Shown here piece by piece: positions 1-7,333 of a stretch of 64,000 nt of DNA. The position numbers and the translations under genes were made by a program. Origin of the DNA: Ructibacterium sp. (lineage in GTDB: Bacteria > Bacillota > Clostridia > Monoglobales > Monoglobaceae). The stretch's first letter is position 1, and every line of letters starts with the position of its first letter. A model generated the notes under the pieces. It did no database searches and was not told the origin of the DNA. It saw nothing but the letters and a program-made list of their open reading frames with translations. The stretch lies in NCBI GenBank assembly GCA_045587405.1, contig JAZNCG010000029.1:677-64676 (forward strand), read 5' to 3'.

Positions 1-16
1 CCGGGATAAGGTACTG

Positions 17-976
17 ATGTTGATAGACCCGGAAGCGAGGGCTAAAGCTGAATCCCAAAAGCTCTTCAGATACAGGTACACCCGTTTCATGGAACTCAAG
101 GACAATGCCGGCACAAAGAGGGTATATGCCTTTACACTCCGCAAGCTCGAAGCTTTTGACCCGAAGCTCTCGATACGCAAGTTCGAGGACATCACAAAGG
201 ATTACCTGCAAGACTTCGAGGCGTTCTGTGCGAAGACCGAAAAGAAGAACAGCCGGAACATCCACCTGCGAAACATCAGGACTGTCTTCAATGATGCCAT
301 AGATTCAAACATAACCTCATCATATCCATTCAGGAAATACTCCCTGAAGCCTGAACCGACAAAGAAGAAAGCTCTGACGGCTGAACAGCTCCGCAAGCTC
401 GCCAACTACGAATGTGAGCCATATCAGGAGCAGTACCGTGACATATTCCTGTTGATGTTCATGCTCAGGGGTATCAATGCTGGTGATTTGTTCCTCGCAA
501 AAGACCGGGACATCTTCGAGGGGCGTTTCGATTACAGGAGAAACAAGGTCGGCACTCTCTTCTCTGTAAAGCTTGAGCCTGAAGCAATCGAAATCATCAG
601 GAAATACAAAGGGAAAGAATGGCTGCTGAATCCGCTTGACACATATTCCGCATACCTCGACTATCTGCACCACTTCAATGACGGCCTGAAAGAGATTGGA
701 AGACCTCTCGGCAAGAAAGGAAAGGTACTCGGCAAAGGGATATTTCCTGAACTCAGCTCGAATTGGGCGAGACATACATGGGCCACAATAGCATCAAAGA
801 TTGATATTCCAAAGGATGTCATCAGCCGGAGCCTCGGACATGGTACCGGGCTGGCAGTTACGGATATTTACATAGATTTTGACAACTCGAAGGTGGATGA
901 TGCCAACAGAAAGGTGATTGACTATGTTCTCTATGGTAAGGATTACCGAGTAAATCAGGCGAGTAACGCCAAGTGA
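17..976 (+). CDS. int: Tyrosine recombinase / phage integrase (probably 5'-truncated by the window)
   Basis: SAM-like N-terminal part, catalytic R (LRGIN), ARHTWAT, LGH and Y (VTDIY) motifs. Confidence 0.93.
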   Translation: MLIDPEARAKAESQKLFRYRYTRFMELKDNAGTKRVYAFTLRKLEAFDPKLSIRKFEDITKDYLQDFEAFCAKTEKKNSRNIHLRNIRTVFNDAIDSNITSSYPFRKYSLKPEPTKKKALTAEQLRKLANYECEPYQEQYRDIFLLMFMLRGINAGDLFLAKDRDIFEGRFDYRRNKVGTLFSVKLEPEAIEIIRKYKGKEWLLNPLDTYSAYLDYLHHFNDGLKEIGRPLGKKGKVLGKGIFPELSSNWARHTWATIASKIDIPKDVISRSLGHGTGLAVTDIYIDFDNSKVDDANRKVIDYVLYGKDYRVNQASNAK

Positions 977-1008
977 ATTTATTTATATATAAATTAAGTT
1001 GAGGATTA

Positions 1009-1040
1009 TTTGTTTATTTATAGATAAATAACTACATTTG
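1009..1040 (+). promoter_or_regulatory. Bacteroidetes housekeeping promoter for ORF 1067-1276
   Basis: TTTG (1009-1012), 20-nt spacer, TACATTTG (1033-1040) matches the -33/-7 consensus. Confidence 0.7.
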
Positions 1041-1066
1041 TAATGCTGATATAGTTCTATGATAGT

Positions 1067-1276
1067 ATGACAACACGCACGATTTACGAGGTTGATGGCT
1101 ACCTTGACGAGTTCGCTGAACCTGAAGAGAGAGTGACCAGACCAACCGAAAAGCAGGCTCTGACCGCTGCCAAGAAGATGACACAGAAATACGCCTATGT
1201 CGAAGTTTCAGCCCAGCAGATAACCGAAGATGGCGACTACATCGAGGGCAAAGTGATTCAAGCCTACCGCAGTTAA
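1067..1276 (+). CDS. Small hypothetical protein (accessory/early gene)
   Basis: 69-aa ORF behind a consensus promoter, followed by a GGGGCGA/TCGCCCC hairpin. Confidence 0.7.
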   Translation: MTTRTIYEVDGYLDEFAEPEERVTRPTEKQALTAAKKMTQKYAYVEVSAQQITEDGDYIEGKVIQAYRS

Positions 1277-1348
1277 AAAGGTTAAGGGGCGAGACCTCCA
1301 AAATGAAAGTTCGCCCCAAAGTTTCACCCATTGAAACCCGATTGCCTT

Positions 1349-1426
1349 ATGTATCGCAAGAGCATTTGGAAGATTTGGAGATTCCGCATTGAGTTCTCTG
1401 TGACACTCAATTTCAGACTTCTCTAA
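1349..1426 (+). CDS. 25-aa basic/hydrophobic peptide MYRKSIWKIWRFRIEFSVTLNFRLL (possible type I toxin)
   Basis: Manual translation; flanked by hairpins, with an antisense promoter downstream. Confidence 0.4.
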   Translation: MYRKSIWKIWRFRIEFSVTLNFRLL

Positions 1427-1569
1427 ATCTCAGGGGTAAGGGCTGGCACTCTTACCCCGTCGGGTTTTGATAATGCAAAGATATGAATAAATCCCAATTC
1501 TCCAACACTTCAAATCAGGCAGAACCGAGGGAGTAGGATTCTGCCGAATTTCTCACTCGCTGTACATTT

Positions 1570-1640
1570 TTGCACAAAATCCCCGTTTTCTGGAACAAAA
1601 TCCGCTTTTCGTGGAACAAAAATGTACAATCTTGGAACAA
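1570..1640 (+). repeat. TGGAACAA motif repeated with 21-bp period
   Basis: TGGAACAA at 1591, 1612 and 1633; TTGCACAA at 1570. Confidence 0.65.
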
Positions 1641-1662
1641 TCCACCTGCAAATTAGAACACA

Positions 1663-2175
1663 TCAGATAAACCTCCGCACGATGGTAAAGATGGTCTTCC
1701 TATATTTCAGAGCCAGCAGCAGGAGCATAGCCCAAAAACCCATCATCTGCGTTTCCTGCCACCATGTGAGGTCTCTCGGCACTTCCACCTCTACCGGGTA
1801 AGGCTTCGGCACTTCCACCTCCCTATCACGATAAACAATGCTGTCCTTGCTGTGGACAGGAGTTTTGGTCGGTACCGGCACATCTCCAGCTTTGTTGCTC
1901 AAGGTATGGTGCAATGTTCCCGTGCTATCTATGCTTGCATCACTCACGGCAAAATCAGTCTCAAGATGTGAAGTCGATTCCTTTGTCTTGTTGCTGACAT
2001 CCTGTTTCGGCACAGGTACCTTGAGGGTGTCATGAATGAAGACAGTTTCAACTCTGGTCACAATCTTCACACTATCCCTGACTGACGGAGAAGCCGGAGG
2101 GAGATTCTTTGCTGCCCCACATGAGAGGAGCAGAAAGGACATCAGGATAAATATGAGCTTTCTCATGGCCATCAT
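1663..2175 (-). CDS. Lipoprotein with C-terminal TM helix; probable unimolecular spanin
   Basis: Lipobox LLSC, Pro/beta-rich middle, C-terminal hydrophobic helix, downstream of endolysin. Confidence 0.7.
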   Translation of the reverse strand: MMAMRKLIFILMSFLLLSCGAAKNLPPASPSVRDSVKIVTRVETVFIHDTLKVPVPKQDVSNKTKESTSHLETDFAVSDASIDSTGTLHHTLSNKAGDVPVPTKTPVHSKDSIVYRDREVEVPKPYPVEVEVPRDLTWWQETQMMGFWAMLLLLALKYRKTIFTIVRRFI

Positions 2176-2178
2176 ATA

Positions 2179-2772
2179 TTAGAGCTTCAGTCCGTCAGCT
2201 GTCGGCTCTACAGTCGCACCTGTTCCGGGGTCTTTGCTGGATGGATAGGGATTAGGAGTACCGAGCCTCTTCAGGTCCATGCCGAGCCACATCACGGCTT
2301 CCTGAAGCTTTGTTACCGCAAGGCTGCGTTCCCTGCTTGCCGGAAGAGCCTTGACCTGCTGAATGTGCTGGTCGATGTCCTTTCTGAGCTGTTTGTCTGC
2401 AACGACCTCATCTTCATGAGACATCGCTTCCTGCTGGCCATCTGCTTCTATAATCTCACAGACAGGGCAGCCGTTCTCTTCGTGACCGATACAACGGAAT
2501 TTTCCGTCTTCGGTTTCAAATTCTTCACCGACCTTCAGCTCCGGGTACTCAAAAACATGTTCCGCAAGTCCCAGCATTATAAGGCGGTCTGCCAAGTTGC
2601 TGCGATACACCACCATGCCGGAATACTGACAGTGCATTGCTGACAGCATCTTTTCTGACAGTTCAGCTCTCTTCTCTTCCATTTCGGGGGCATTAAGGAA
2701 ATGCTCCAACTTCGTTGTTCTCTCGTTGAGTTCCTTGAACTCTTCAATCATTCTTTTCTGATATTTTTCCAT
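2179..2772 (-). CDS. Two-domain hypothetical protein: crAss001_48-like N-terminus plus Acb2/Tad1-like helical hairpin
   Basis: N-terminal EKYQKRMIEEFKELNER..KL; C-terminal SRERSLAVTKLQEAVMWL. Confidence 0.5.
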   Translation of the reverse strand: MEKYQKRMIEEFKELNERTTKLEHFLNAPEMEEKRAELSEKMLSAMHCQYSGMVVYRSNLADRLIMLGLAEHVFEYPELKVGEEFETEDGKFRCIGHEENGCPVCEIIEADGQQEAMSHEDEVVADKQLRKDIDQHIQQVKALPASRERSLAVTKLQEAVMWLGMDLKRLGTPNPYPSSKDPGTGATVEPTADGLKL

Positions 2773-2794
2773 AATAAATCTTGGTTTTAAGTTG

Positions 2795-3301
2795 TTAATC
2801 CTGTTGAAATGTAAAGCTGTTTGCTCTTCTCATCCAGCCCTTGCGGTACTTCGGATGCGCTTTGCCTGTGTCAAACAGCTTCTTGTAATAAGCTATCCTC
2901 GCTTCCTTGATGCTGTCAAAGACAAACTTTGCATCATCACGGTCAAGAGCTGCGAAAGTCTGCTTGCCGACAATACCGTCAGCCTTCAGACCGAATCGCT
3001 TCTGAATGTTCCTAATGGCATTGTAGCCTGAATGAACATGCCAATCTACCATTATCTCAGCCACTGACTGATTGCGAATCCTGTCACCCTGACATCTGTT
3101 CCAGAACTTCTTCATGATGAAAGTCCATTCACCGTCAGTGATGTTCCGCAGGTCTTCCTTGGTCTTGTGCTGCCCGAAATAATGTCGGTATGTACTGAGG
3201 GTCACTCCCATATTGGTAGCCCCTCCGGGGTCGTCCGGGTCATCGACCCACCCACCCTCATAATCCTTGAGAGTGGGCTTGTAAAGGTCAAATCGTGCCA
3301 T
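2795..3301 (-). CDS. Endolysin, glycoside hydrolase family 108 with peptidoglycan-binding domain
   Basis: EGG..DDPDDPGGATNMGVT motif; ADGIVG binding motif; GWMRR end. Confidence 0.92.
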   Translation of the reverse strand: MARFDLYKPTLKDYEGGWVDDPDDPGGATNMGVTLSTYRHYFGQHKTKEDLRNITDGEWTFIMKKFWNRCQGDRIRNQSVAEIMVDWHVHSGYNAIRNIQKRFGLKADGIVGKQTFAALDRDDAKFVFDSIKEARIAYYKKLFDTGKAHPKYRKGWMRRANSFTFQQD

Positions 3302-3920
3302 AAGTCTTCAGTTCAGGAAGTATGTGCTGAATGTAGTCGGCTGCCTCACAGAGATGTTTTCGGAGTTCGACAGGCTGAAGCTCGCCATCATGAGTATATT
3401 CAACGAAGATGTTACCTATCCACTTGTGGTCGTAGTCTGACAGCTTCTTGATGACGGCCATCCGGCTCCCGTTGGTTGTCAGGATTGCTCTTGCTTTGGT
3501 ATCTTTGACCTCGGTCTCGATGTCCTTATAGAAAAGAAAATCCCGTGTCGCCAACTCAGAAGCAAACGAAGCCACCTCTGACATCGGCATGTTCTGAATC
3601 ACGGGCGACATCGGTGAAACTCCGTCACCCTTTACCTCCATGCTGATTGACAGGTATTCGTTTGTCGTCAGAGGATGAGGTTGAACGATATACACCCGTT
3701 CCGCTCCCAAATCCTCAAGAAGATGCCACAGCTTGCCGTATATCTTCGCCCTGCACTCACTACTCTTATGAGCTTTCTGAGCTATCTTCCGCTTGTGGTC
3801 CTCGATTTCCAGCTTTGTCTTCTCGTCCTTGCTCTTCTGATTGTAGTTAAACCAGCCAAGCATAATAGCCTGAACGAGACCGAAAAAGCCACACACTATA
3901 ACTGCTATATGCTCCCCCAT
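3288..3920 (-). CDS. Putative holin: one N-terminal TM plus a large soluble domain
   Basis: Hydrophobic N-terminus; overlaps the endolysin start. Confidence 0.55.
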   Translation of the reverse strand: MGEHIAVIVCGFFGLVQAIMLGWFNYNQKSKDEKTKLEIEDHKRKIAQKAHKSSECRAKIYGKLWHLLEDLGAERVYIVQPHPLTTNEYLSISMEVKGDGVSPMSPVIQNMPMSEVASFASELATRDFLFYKDIETEVKDTKARAILTTNGSRMAVIKKLSDYDHKWIGNIFVEYTHDGELQPVELRKHLCEAADYIQHILPELKTYGTI

Positions 3921-3931
3921 ATTCGTTCCTC

Positions 3932-4300
3932 CTATTCAGTTACAGGTGCATAGGCTGCATCGACAGCTTCCTCGACAGCCTTCCTCTCTTTCAGGAAGTC
4001 CACATAGGCATCAATGGCAGCTGTCGCTTTCTCGCCCGTGAAAATACCCTCCTTTGCGGAGTTGTAGTCGTTCATGAGCTTCTGCTCAACCCCATTGCCC
4101 CAGAGTGCGTTGATTACCGCCTCAGTTGTCGTTTTAGGGCTTCCGTTCTCCACCCACACCTCATAGTATTCGTATGACTTCTCTTCCTCTCCCTCCGGAT
4201 TCTTGCGAGTGACCTCCTCAAAATCCCAGCGGAAGATATGCACTCCCGTCTTATGCTGCTCTAAGATGGGAAGCATGATGTTGCTGTTTGATTTGTTCAT
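3932..4300 (-). CDS. Hypothetical phage protein (possible tail-fibre chaperone)
   Basis: 122-aa ORF overlapping the RT 3' end by 50 nt. Confidence 0.6.
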   Translation of the reverse strand: MNKSNSNIMLPILEQHKTGVHIFRWDFEEVTRKNPEGEEEKSYEYYEVWVENGSPKTTTEAVINALWGNGVEQKLMNDYNSAKEGIFTGEKATAAIDAYVDFLKERKAVEEAVDAAYAPVTE

Positions 4301-5306
4301 AAATCTTCGGTCTTAAAATTTTACATGTTAAACGGTCTGAATCACTGTATTTAGCCCAGCCGAGCCATGATGCAATCCGCATCTTGTATTGCCTGTCATC
4401 AAGGTCTGTCCGATGCTTCAGCTTCGCACAAGCCTTGCAGAAATTCTTCTTGATTCCCTTGCGGATTCTTGTTTCACAGTGGTAGAATACAAAGCCCACG
4501 AAGTCAAGACCTCTACCGCTCTTGTCTCTGTGATTCTCCGCAATCCTGAACACCTGCCAATTACCTTTCATCTCAAGCTTCAGCTCGTTACGCAGGTACT
4601 CGGCACATTCCACCTGCAACTGATGACATTCCTCCTTTGTCCGTGCGAATATCACGATGTCATCCGCATACCTGAAGTAATGCTTGACCTTTTTCCCCTC
4701 CTTCAGCCAATGGTCGAAATAGGTGAGGTAGAGGTTTGCGAAATACTGTGACAGATAGTTTCCGATTGGAATACCATCTGCGCTGTCGATAATCTCATCA
4801 AGCAGCCACAGCAGTTCCGGGTCCTTAATCTTTCTGCGGATTATCATCTTCAATATCTCATGGTCTATTGACGGATAGAACTTGCGGATGTCGAACTTCA
4901 GACACCACCTCGTAGCCTCTCGGTCACGGATAATCTTCTGAACATTCTTTCGACAGCCACCTATGCCCCTGCCGTCAATGCAGGAGTATGAATCAGATGT
5001 GAACACCTTCATCCAAATAGGTTTCAGGACATTCATTATTGCGTGATGTACTATCCTGTCAGGATAATACGGGAGCCTGTAGATAAGTCTTTCTTTCGGC
5101 TCGAAGATTGTGAATACATCATAATCCGATGTCTTAAATGTGTGATTCTTCAGAGCTTCATGCAAATTCAGGATATTAGCTTCCCTATCCCTATCATGAT
5201 GCCTTACGCCATAGGTCTTCAGCTTGCCCTTACGGGCGTTCATGTCCGCAAGCTGCAAGTTCTCTACAGATATAATCTGCTGGTATAGATTTCCTATGCG
5301 TTTCAT
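4251..5306 (-). CDS. DGR reverse transcriptase
   Basis: YFRYADD catalytic motif, GIPIGNYLSQ DGR signature, adjacent TR/VR pair. Confidence 0.97.
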   Translation of the reverse strand: MKRIGNLYQQIISVENLQLADMNARKGKLKTYGVRHHDRDREANILNLHEALKNHTFKTSDYDVFTIFEPKERLIYRLPYYPDRIVHHAIMNVLKPIWMKVFTSDSYSCIDGRGIGGCRKNVQKIIRDREATRWCLKFDIRKFYPSIDHEILKMIIRRKIKDPELLWLLDEIIDSADGIPIGNYLSQYFANLYLTYFDHWLKEGKKVKHYFRYADDIVIFARTKEECHQLQVECAEYLRNELKLEMKGNWQVFRIAENHRDKSGRGLDFVGFVFYHCETRIRKGIKKNFCKACAKLKHRTDLDDRQYKMRIASWLGWAKYSDSDRLTCKILRPKIYEQIKQQHHASHLRAA

Positions 5307-5410
5307 TGTTTGCTTTTCTTAGTCGGAGTCTTCGGTTTCCCTACCAACACCTTTCTGAACAACTATTTTTCACCAAGAGGTGAGGCCCTTGTCTGTGTTT
5401 GTAATTTTCT

Positions 5411-5527
5411 AAAGCTAAGCTGAGAGCCGATGTTCGCATTCGTATTCGAGGGAGCGTTATTCGAGTTCGAGTAAGCGAGACCGGCATTCGCCCTGTTATT
5501 CGCATTACCGCCAAACAAAACAGCCCT
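5411..5527 (-). ncRNA. DGR template repeat (TR)
   Basis: Intergenic, 117 nt, 10 AAY codons in the target frame; differs from 5981-6097 only at TR adenines. Confidence 0.96.
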
Positions 5528-5551
5528 CAGACAAGCAGCCTTTTTTATCCT

Positions 5552-5905
5552 TTACTCGAAGTAATATCTGTTTCCCTGTCTTCTCAGAGTGACCCTGCGA
5601 GGAAACTTGTTCAGCTCTTTAATCTTCTTCAGGACATACAGAATGTCCGCACTGCCTGTAAAGACCTTTCGGGCTGATGATTCAGGGTCATTCAGATTAT
5701 CCTTGATTTTGAATATCGTCCGTCCCGTCTTACCTTCCGCCTTGCTGAATTTGGTCGGCACATCCTCGATGAAGTCAATCACCCAGAAAGTCATATTTAC
5801 CAATTCGCTCTGCTTTTTCTCGGAGCAGTTGAAATACCGGCTGTTCTCATCTCTTGGGATATTCAAGAAATCGAGGGAGCCATCATCTTCTCTAACATTT
5901 TCCAT
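5552..5905 (-). CDS. DGR accessory-position protein (not obviously Avd)
   Basis: Lies between target gene and TR; 117 aa with a beta-rich pattern. Confidence 0.7.
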   Translation of the reverse strand: MENVREDDGSLDFLNIPRDENSRYFNCSEKKQSELVNMTFWVIDFIEDVPTKFSKAEGKTGRTIFKIKDNLNDPESSARKVFTGSADILYVLKKIKELNKFPRRVTLRRQGNRYYFE

Positions 5906-5943
5906 GTTTCAAATTCGTTTGCTGTTAATAGTGGATTTCGTGA

Positions 5944-5960
5944 GGGGGCATAAAGCCCCC
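5944..5960 (-). promoter_or_regulatory. Hairpin downstream of VR1 (DGR target-recognition stem-loop)
   Basis: GGGGGC-tttat-GCCCCC, 20 nt 3' of the VR. Confidence 0.7.
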
Positions 5961-5971
5961 GTGAGTTCGGA

Positions 5972-7315
5972 TTACGGAATAAAGCAAAGCCGAGAGCCGA
6001 AGTACGCAATCGTATTCGAGGGAGCGTAATGCGAGTGCGAGTAAGCGAGACCGGCACCCGCCCCGCCATTCGCATTACCGCCAAACAAAACAGCCCTTAT
6101 GCCTGTGTTTGCTACATAGTGGTAATCTGACCAATAGGAAGTAGAGCCTGCACCAACTTCAGAAGCCATTATCTCACCCTTGCTGCCAAAGATGAGTTTC
6201 TTTACATAGCCCTCAGTACCTGCCTCTTTACCGATGTTAGCCCAGCCGGATATCGAAGTGTCGCCAGCTGCAAACTTGGCAGGGTCATCGGTGGTGTACA
6301 CCGTTCTGTCTGTCACACTTGCTGCATCTACTCTGATACCATCAAGGAACTTCCAGATGTGACCGAAAGGCAACTCAATACCCCTGTACCGGTTGACATG
6401 CACAAGGCTGTCGGATGTTACGAGGGTTACGCCATTGTTCACATATTCAGATGCAGATACATTGACCTCACCTGAATCATCACCGAGGGCGTTGCTGGTA
6501 CCTGTTATTACGAATGGATAATATCCGTTGAAAGCTTCCCAATTCGATACATTGGTAACGCCTGTGCCGAGACCTCCCTGACGGAATCCGTTTGCATCTC
6601 TTGAGGTGTTCACTGCTGCCTGAGAGTTGCGGTTTGCATACTCAATCATGTAGAGCCAGAAGATAACCTTGTACTGCTCGTAAGGCAGGATATTCCACTT
6701 CGTATTGGCTGTATTTCTCTTTCTCGCAGCTGTACGGAACGCAGTCATAGAGGTTGCAGTGGTCGGCTTCACTCCAGCGATAGAACAGAGTTTTCCGTTA
6801 GCATCCCTGTACGCCTCATAAGCTCCCACATAGAATCTTGGGATGTAATGTGCGCCCTCGAAATAATCAAGAGAAACAAGGGCATTTCTGTTGCGGATGT
6901 CTCCCGAATAAGCTTGGTCCGGGAATCTCCACCATGCACCCGGAATCTCCACCATGACCTGTCCCTTTGCACCTGAAAGGTCGTGGTCTTCCCATCCTCC
7001 TGAAAGGTACTCCACAACATTTCCGTCATCATCGAGAAGACATCCACGCATGAGAGATTGCACCGGCAGGGTCTGGTGCATCTTGGCGTTTCCGACACGC
7101 AAGAGTGCAACCTGACCAGCTGTGAAAGCCGGATTTGTCACGGTACCTGTAAACCACTGCACACCGTAACACTTATCTGCTCCTTTGAACATCGCAGAAG
7201 CATCAAAGGCTGAAGGCTCGCCCGTTGTAGGGTCGAACAATACCAATGCCTTTCCTGTCAAAGCATCTTCTGAAGATGCCACAGTCAAATCTTTTACATC
7301 AAATTCTGTTGCCAT
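5972..7315 (-). CDS. DGR target 1: tail-tip receptor-binding protein with C-terminal C-type-lectin-like fold
   Basis: Ends RAVLFGG...FGSRLCFIP, containing VR1; follows the large tail protein. Confidence 0.88.
   Translation of the reverse strand: MATEFDVKDLTVASSEDALTGKALVLFDPTTGEPSAFDASAMFKGADKCYGVQWFTGTVTNPAFTAGQVALLRVGNAKMHQTLPVQSLMRGCLLDDDGNVVEYLSGGWEDHDLSGAKGQVMVEIPGAWWRFPDQAYSGDIRNRNALVSLDYFEGAHYIPRFYVGAYEAYRDANGKLCSIAGVKPTTATSMTAFRTAARKRNTANTKWNILPYEQYKVIFWLYMIEYANRNSQAAVNTSRDANGFRQGGLGTGVTNVSNWEAFNGYYPFVITGTSNALGDDSGEVNVSASEYVNNGVTLVTSDSLVHVNRYRGIELPFGHIWKFLDGIRVDAASVTDRTVYTTDDPAKFAAGDTSISGWANIGKEAGTEGYVKKLIFGSKGEIMASEVGAGSTSYWSDYHYVANTGIRAVLFGGNANGGAGAGLAYSHSHYAPSNTIAYFGSRLCFIP
5981..6097 (-). 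repeat. DGR variable repeat VR1
   Basis: 13 mismatches to TR over 117 nt, all at TR adenines. Confidence 0.96.
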
Positions 7316-7333
7316 ATTATTATGTATTAAGGA

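Noticed and set aside
1570-1640. Short repeats as a CRISPR array
   Set aside because: Units are 8 bp with 13-bp gaps, and there are no cas genes
1778-1822. Direct repeat GGCACTTCCACCTC
   Set aside because: In-frame coding repeat (EVEVP) within the spanin
4251-5306. RT as a group II intron, retron or Abi RT
   Set aside because: The SQ signature, lack of maturase/endonuclease domains and an adenine-specific TR/VR pair identify a DGR
5589-6084. Alternative ORFs overlapping VR1 and the accessory gene
   Set aside because: Shadow frames of better-supported genes
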